Part shown: in pieces, positions 60,730 to 64,000 of the stretch
How the letters are laid out: every line of letters begins with the position of its first letter
Numbering within the stretch: position 1 is the first letter of the stretch
Origin: Podarcis cretensis
Taxonomy: Eukaryota
Length of the DNA stretch: 64,000 nt
Assembly: GCA_951804945.1 (NCBI GenBank)
Contig: OX638149.1
Coordinates: 51,956,001-52,020,000 of the forward strand
Reading direction: 5' to 3'
Notes under the pieces: generated by a model
Seen by the model: only the letters and a program-made list of their open reading frames with translations
Database searches by the model: none
What the model was told of the DNA's origin: nothing
Translations under genes and position numbers: made by a program

Positions 60730-60860
60730 AAGGGCCGGTCTCGTGAGGAATCTGCGATTGGGAATGAACAGGCCGGGCGTCGTGAGAGGGACTTGGAGCT
60801 CCGCCTCGGGATCCGGGTGCTGGGAAGGGACTTCAGGACAGGCTCCCTTGCGCTATCGGG
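60730..60860 (+). other. Candidate non-coding first exon of the divergent gene (HARBI1 expected by synteny)
   Basis: Donor GGG|gtaaat at 60860/60861; identity inferred only from human gene order, no HARBI1 CDS found in the window. Confidence 0.35.
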
Positions 60861-61051
60861 GTAAATCGGGGGCCCGGCGGAGAGGGAGGTGTGGACGCGT
60901 AGCCGCGCCGCGAAACATGCTTATATCCTGCGCTTTCAGTCTTTCTCCAAGCGCAGAACCCCTCTCCCGCTTCCGTCCTCCCTGGAAGACCCCCTTGCGC
61001 CACCCCCCAGTCTTCTCCCCGCTTCTCTAGGGAGGAACTTGTAGTACACCA

Positions 61052-61389
61052 CAGGGCCGGATTTAGGCTACTGAAGGTAATGGGACCCTTTATATGTCCA
61101 GCTGTCCTTTGTCAACAACAAATTGCCGCTGTTTTTTTGTGTTGAATACTGTATATACTATGTGGTAATTTATGGACCTAATAGGTATCTAAAGCCGTTT
61201 GCACATAACAAATAGGAGCCTACACAACACAAAATACTGTTGCTGTATATAGGTTTTATTTTATTTGTTTTTTATCTTATATTTTGGAAATGTACATCCA
61301 TTTTTTTCCCCTTTAAATTTTTTTGGGACCCCCAAGAGAGTGGAGCCCTAAGCTATAACTTGTTTAGCTTATACGTAAATCCGGCACTG
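61052..61389. mobile_element. hAT-type non-autonomous element
   Basis: TIRs CAGGGCCGGATTTA / TAAATCCGGCACTG; 8-bp TSD GTACACCA/GTCCACCA. Confidence 0.85.
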
Positions 61390-64000
61390 GTCCACCAGAT
61401 GGTGTTGCACTACCGTTGCCACCACTGGCCATGCTGGCCGGTGCTGATGGGGAGAGTTGGAGCGGGTGAGATTTCCCACAACTACTGTTGGGTTACCCTG
61501 CTGCATGTTCCGCTTTCACAGCATCCTCCAATAAGGCAAATTCATGCCCCTTTCGCAGAGACCTGCCTGCTTTTCAGCTCTCTTTTGCAGTTCCTGCTTC
61601 ATCAGGTGCCCTTCACTTCCCACCACAAACAGTTTAATGCCTCGTTGCCATTCTTCTCCCTCTCTTGCATCCTTCACCTTCCGTCATTCATGCTTTGGGT
61701 CCTTTAGGAAAGTCATTCCTGGTGGCTCAACCGAGAAGCGTGAATGAAAACTTGAGAACCCAGCTGGATTAGACCACAGGCCCATTTGATTCTGTATTGT
61801 GCTCTCACACAGTGACTAACCAGATGCCTGGAGATGGCCTCCTTCTTTGGGTGTACTCTCTTCTTCAAACATAGTCTTGAGTGTCAGACGTGTATTTTGC
61901 TGCACAAAGGTTATTGCATGTTTTTGTAGACATACTCATATAGATGTGTCTCATGTATGTTACAAGACAAAACATTGCATTCTCAGACATTGATAATGAT
62001 GCTACATTTCCTCCTAAATCTATTTATCTCAAAATGATGATAGGGATATTAATGACATATCAGTTACAACAGTTAATTGTGGGCTTAACAACTAGCTGCT
62101 AAATACCAGGAATAATTTTTTTAAGTAGACATATTGCCTCAGCTGTTACTGAGACAAAATAATATATTACACATATGTCAGTTGCAACTACTTTTGTATT
62201 CATTGCTGGAAAAAGGAAAGCATTTATCTTTTAGTCTCTTGGCTGGAATCTACACACATTTAGAAAACACTATGAAAATGCTTTTTTAAAAAAAGTTTTG
62301 AAAAATACATTGAATTTGGCATAGCTCACTCTCGCCATCTAGTGTCACATTTGTATATTGCACTCTACAACACATTTAAAATATTTTATTTGCAGCTGTG
62401 TAGCTGAGTCTTGGTAGCAGAGTCTGTATGTATGCTGGCACGTCTTCTGAGTTTGTTTATTGACGTAGGTAAAACCTGCCTTGTTTTTGACAACTTGCCT
62501 GGTACTCATGGGTGACCAGGAAATTCATGTAGGTGAATGAACAGGTTGGTGGAGGAGGAGTGGGTTACTTGGTCTCTTTTCTGCCAGTCCACTTGGTTTC
62601 TTTGCTAGCCAGGCAGGAAGGAAAGCCTATTCTTTCATAACCATGAAATAGGCTAGTGAAGGAGGAGCAGATATACCCTTCCTTCCTACATGCCCTTTCA
62701 CTTAGCAAGCTGGTTAAAAAAGCTGCCTTCTAAGAGTCTAGTAGCTTGCATTTTCATGTTGGCCACAGAAGAGGGGACTTTCCCTCCTCCATGGCCACCA
62801 TGGCAACACAGACTTCTGGCTTCATAGTAAACTGTGGTGGTGAGCTAATTACTTTTGTGGGCTTATTTTCAATGATGGCTAATACTAGGTAATCCCTCAG
62901 TTGTTTGGGGGAATTCACACCTTTGGTATCAGATGTTCATAGAGGAACCAGACCAGATTCAATCCATTGGTTTTTGGTTTTTATTATTATTAAATTGTTA
63001 ATCTTGTGAGTGCACAATAACACAACTATTATGAGAGAGGGGATGACAATCAAGCATTGTCCATACATTCAGAGGGACAGAATGTTATGTTTATGTAATG
63101 CAACACATGGATATATGAAGAGGGGGAAATGCTTATTACATACAGGAATGAGGAGATAATGCAAACTATTAACATTTTGGCTCTTTCTAACAATGGACTC
63201 CAACTGAGAACAGAAAAATTCTCTTGTAGAGATGCCACCCTAAACTTATAGGCTATATCTGATACCAAAGTGCCCCTTACATTGCTATTTAATTAGATAC
63301 CTACCTGCCTCCTTTGTATTATAACTACTGGGAGTAACCCGTAGACATTAAAAAACAGGATACAAGAAATACAGTATTACTTTGTTGAAACTTTGATTTT
63401 GCAAGATTGGAACTCCTTGGTTCTCAAGACAGCTCCTTGCCACTAGAATATGACTGACTTGCTTAGCAATGGAAAAGAGTGGTTGGGTGAAGCATCTCTG
63501 TTTATATAACTTGCTCTTCTTAGGCACATAGTTTCAGTACATTTATCAACTCCAGTTGTTCCAGAATTCTAGATTTTGTGTGCACTTGGACAAACAGAAA
63601 AAATATCCTTGAGGGACAGCACAGCTTATTAACAAGCATTAGAACAAAACAACTCTTTGTTTTTCAGTGCTGCACGTTTCTAAAAATATCACCAGCTTAA
63701 GTTTTGCCAATTCACACCCTCATGCCTCATACAGCCAATTAATTTTAATGCAGTAACACATAAAGAAAGAAATTTTCCTAGTCTTGTTTAACCGGTTCAG
63801 AGAGAGAATGTAAACATAGCACTAATTTATTGTGAAATACGTACTCAACAGTTCCAATTCTGCATATGACCCAAGGTCAGTACTAATTGTGCATTCTTGC
63901 TTTCTCAAGAATGTCCCACGACGCTGTGTGAAATTATATACAGCTCAAAAAAAAAAAAATTTCCACTGGAAATTTCCCAGAACTACGACCATGATTCATT

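Larger units (their letters stand above)
59750..61030. promoter_or_regulatory. CpG island / bidirectional promoter ATG13-(HARBI1)
   Basis: GC/CpG-rich with GC boxes and CCAAT boxes (CCAAT 60657-60661, ATTGG 60757-60761); human ATG13 and HARBI1 are head-to-head. Confidence 0.8.

Noticed and set aside
59763-61030. Overlapping 100-160 aa ORFs in the second CpG island
   Set aside because: Low-complexity R/P/G-rich translations with no recognisable homology; artefact of GC content.
63957-63982. Overlapping NF-kB-like GGAAATTTCCC and STAT-like TTCCCAGAA motifs
   Set aside because: At the window edge with no context; short motifs like these arise by chance or within repeats.

Overview
Eukaryotic DNA, most likely from a squamate reptile (two near-identical Sauria-type SINEs with (ACCTTT)n tails suggest a lacertid-like lizard). 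The window reproduces the human 11p11.2 gene order. It holds the 5' end of ZNF408 (- strand, two coding exons) head-to-head with a complete ARHGAP1 (+; 12 coding exons, 1308 nt, 435 aa). ARHGAP1 converges on a complete ATG13 (-; 17 coding exons, 1653 nt, 550 aa), whose CpG-island promoter at about 59.8-61.0 kb is, by synteny only, probably shared with HARBI1 (CDS not seen in the window). Exon boundaries were read by hand from GT/AG sites and give uninterrupted frames. Introns carry SINEs, L1/L2/CR1 fragments, Tc1/mariner- and hAT-type MITEs, a 777-bp solo LTR, and a young, internally deleted Ty3/Gypsy chromovirus (24607-26033, TSD GATAG). The most striking observation is in that element's integrase tail. 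A chromodomain lacking two aromatic-cage residues is followed by two tandem 'F-acidic linker-FxGF' motifs matching the TND-interacting/LEDGF IBD-binding motif of host elongation factors, and the frame then continues about 100 codons into the LTR. This suggests, as an inference, a retrotransposon that mimics host TIMs to target integration to transcribed genes. Gene and family names come from recalled sequences, not database searches.
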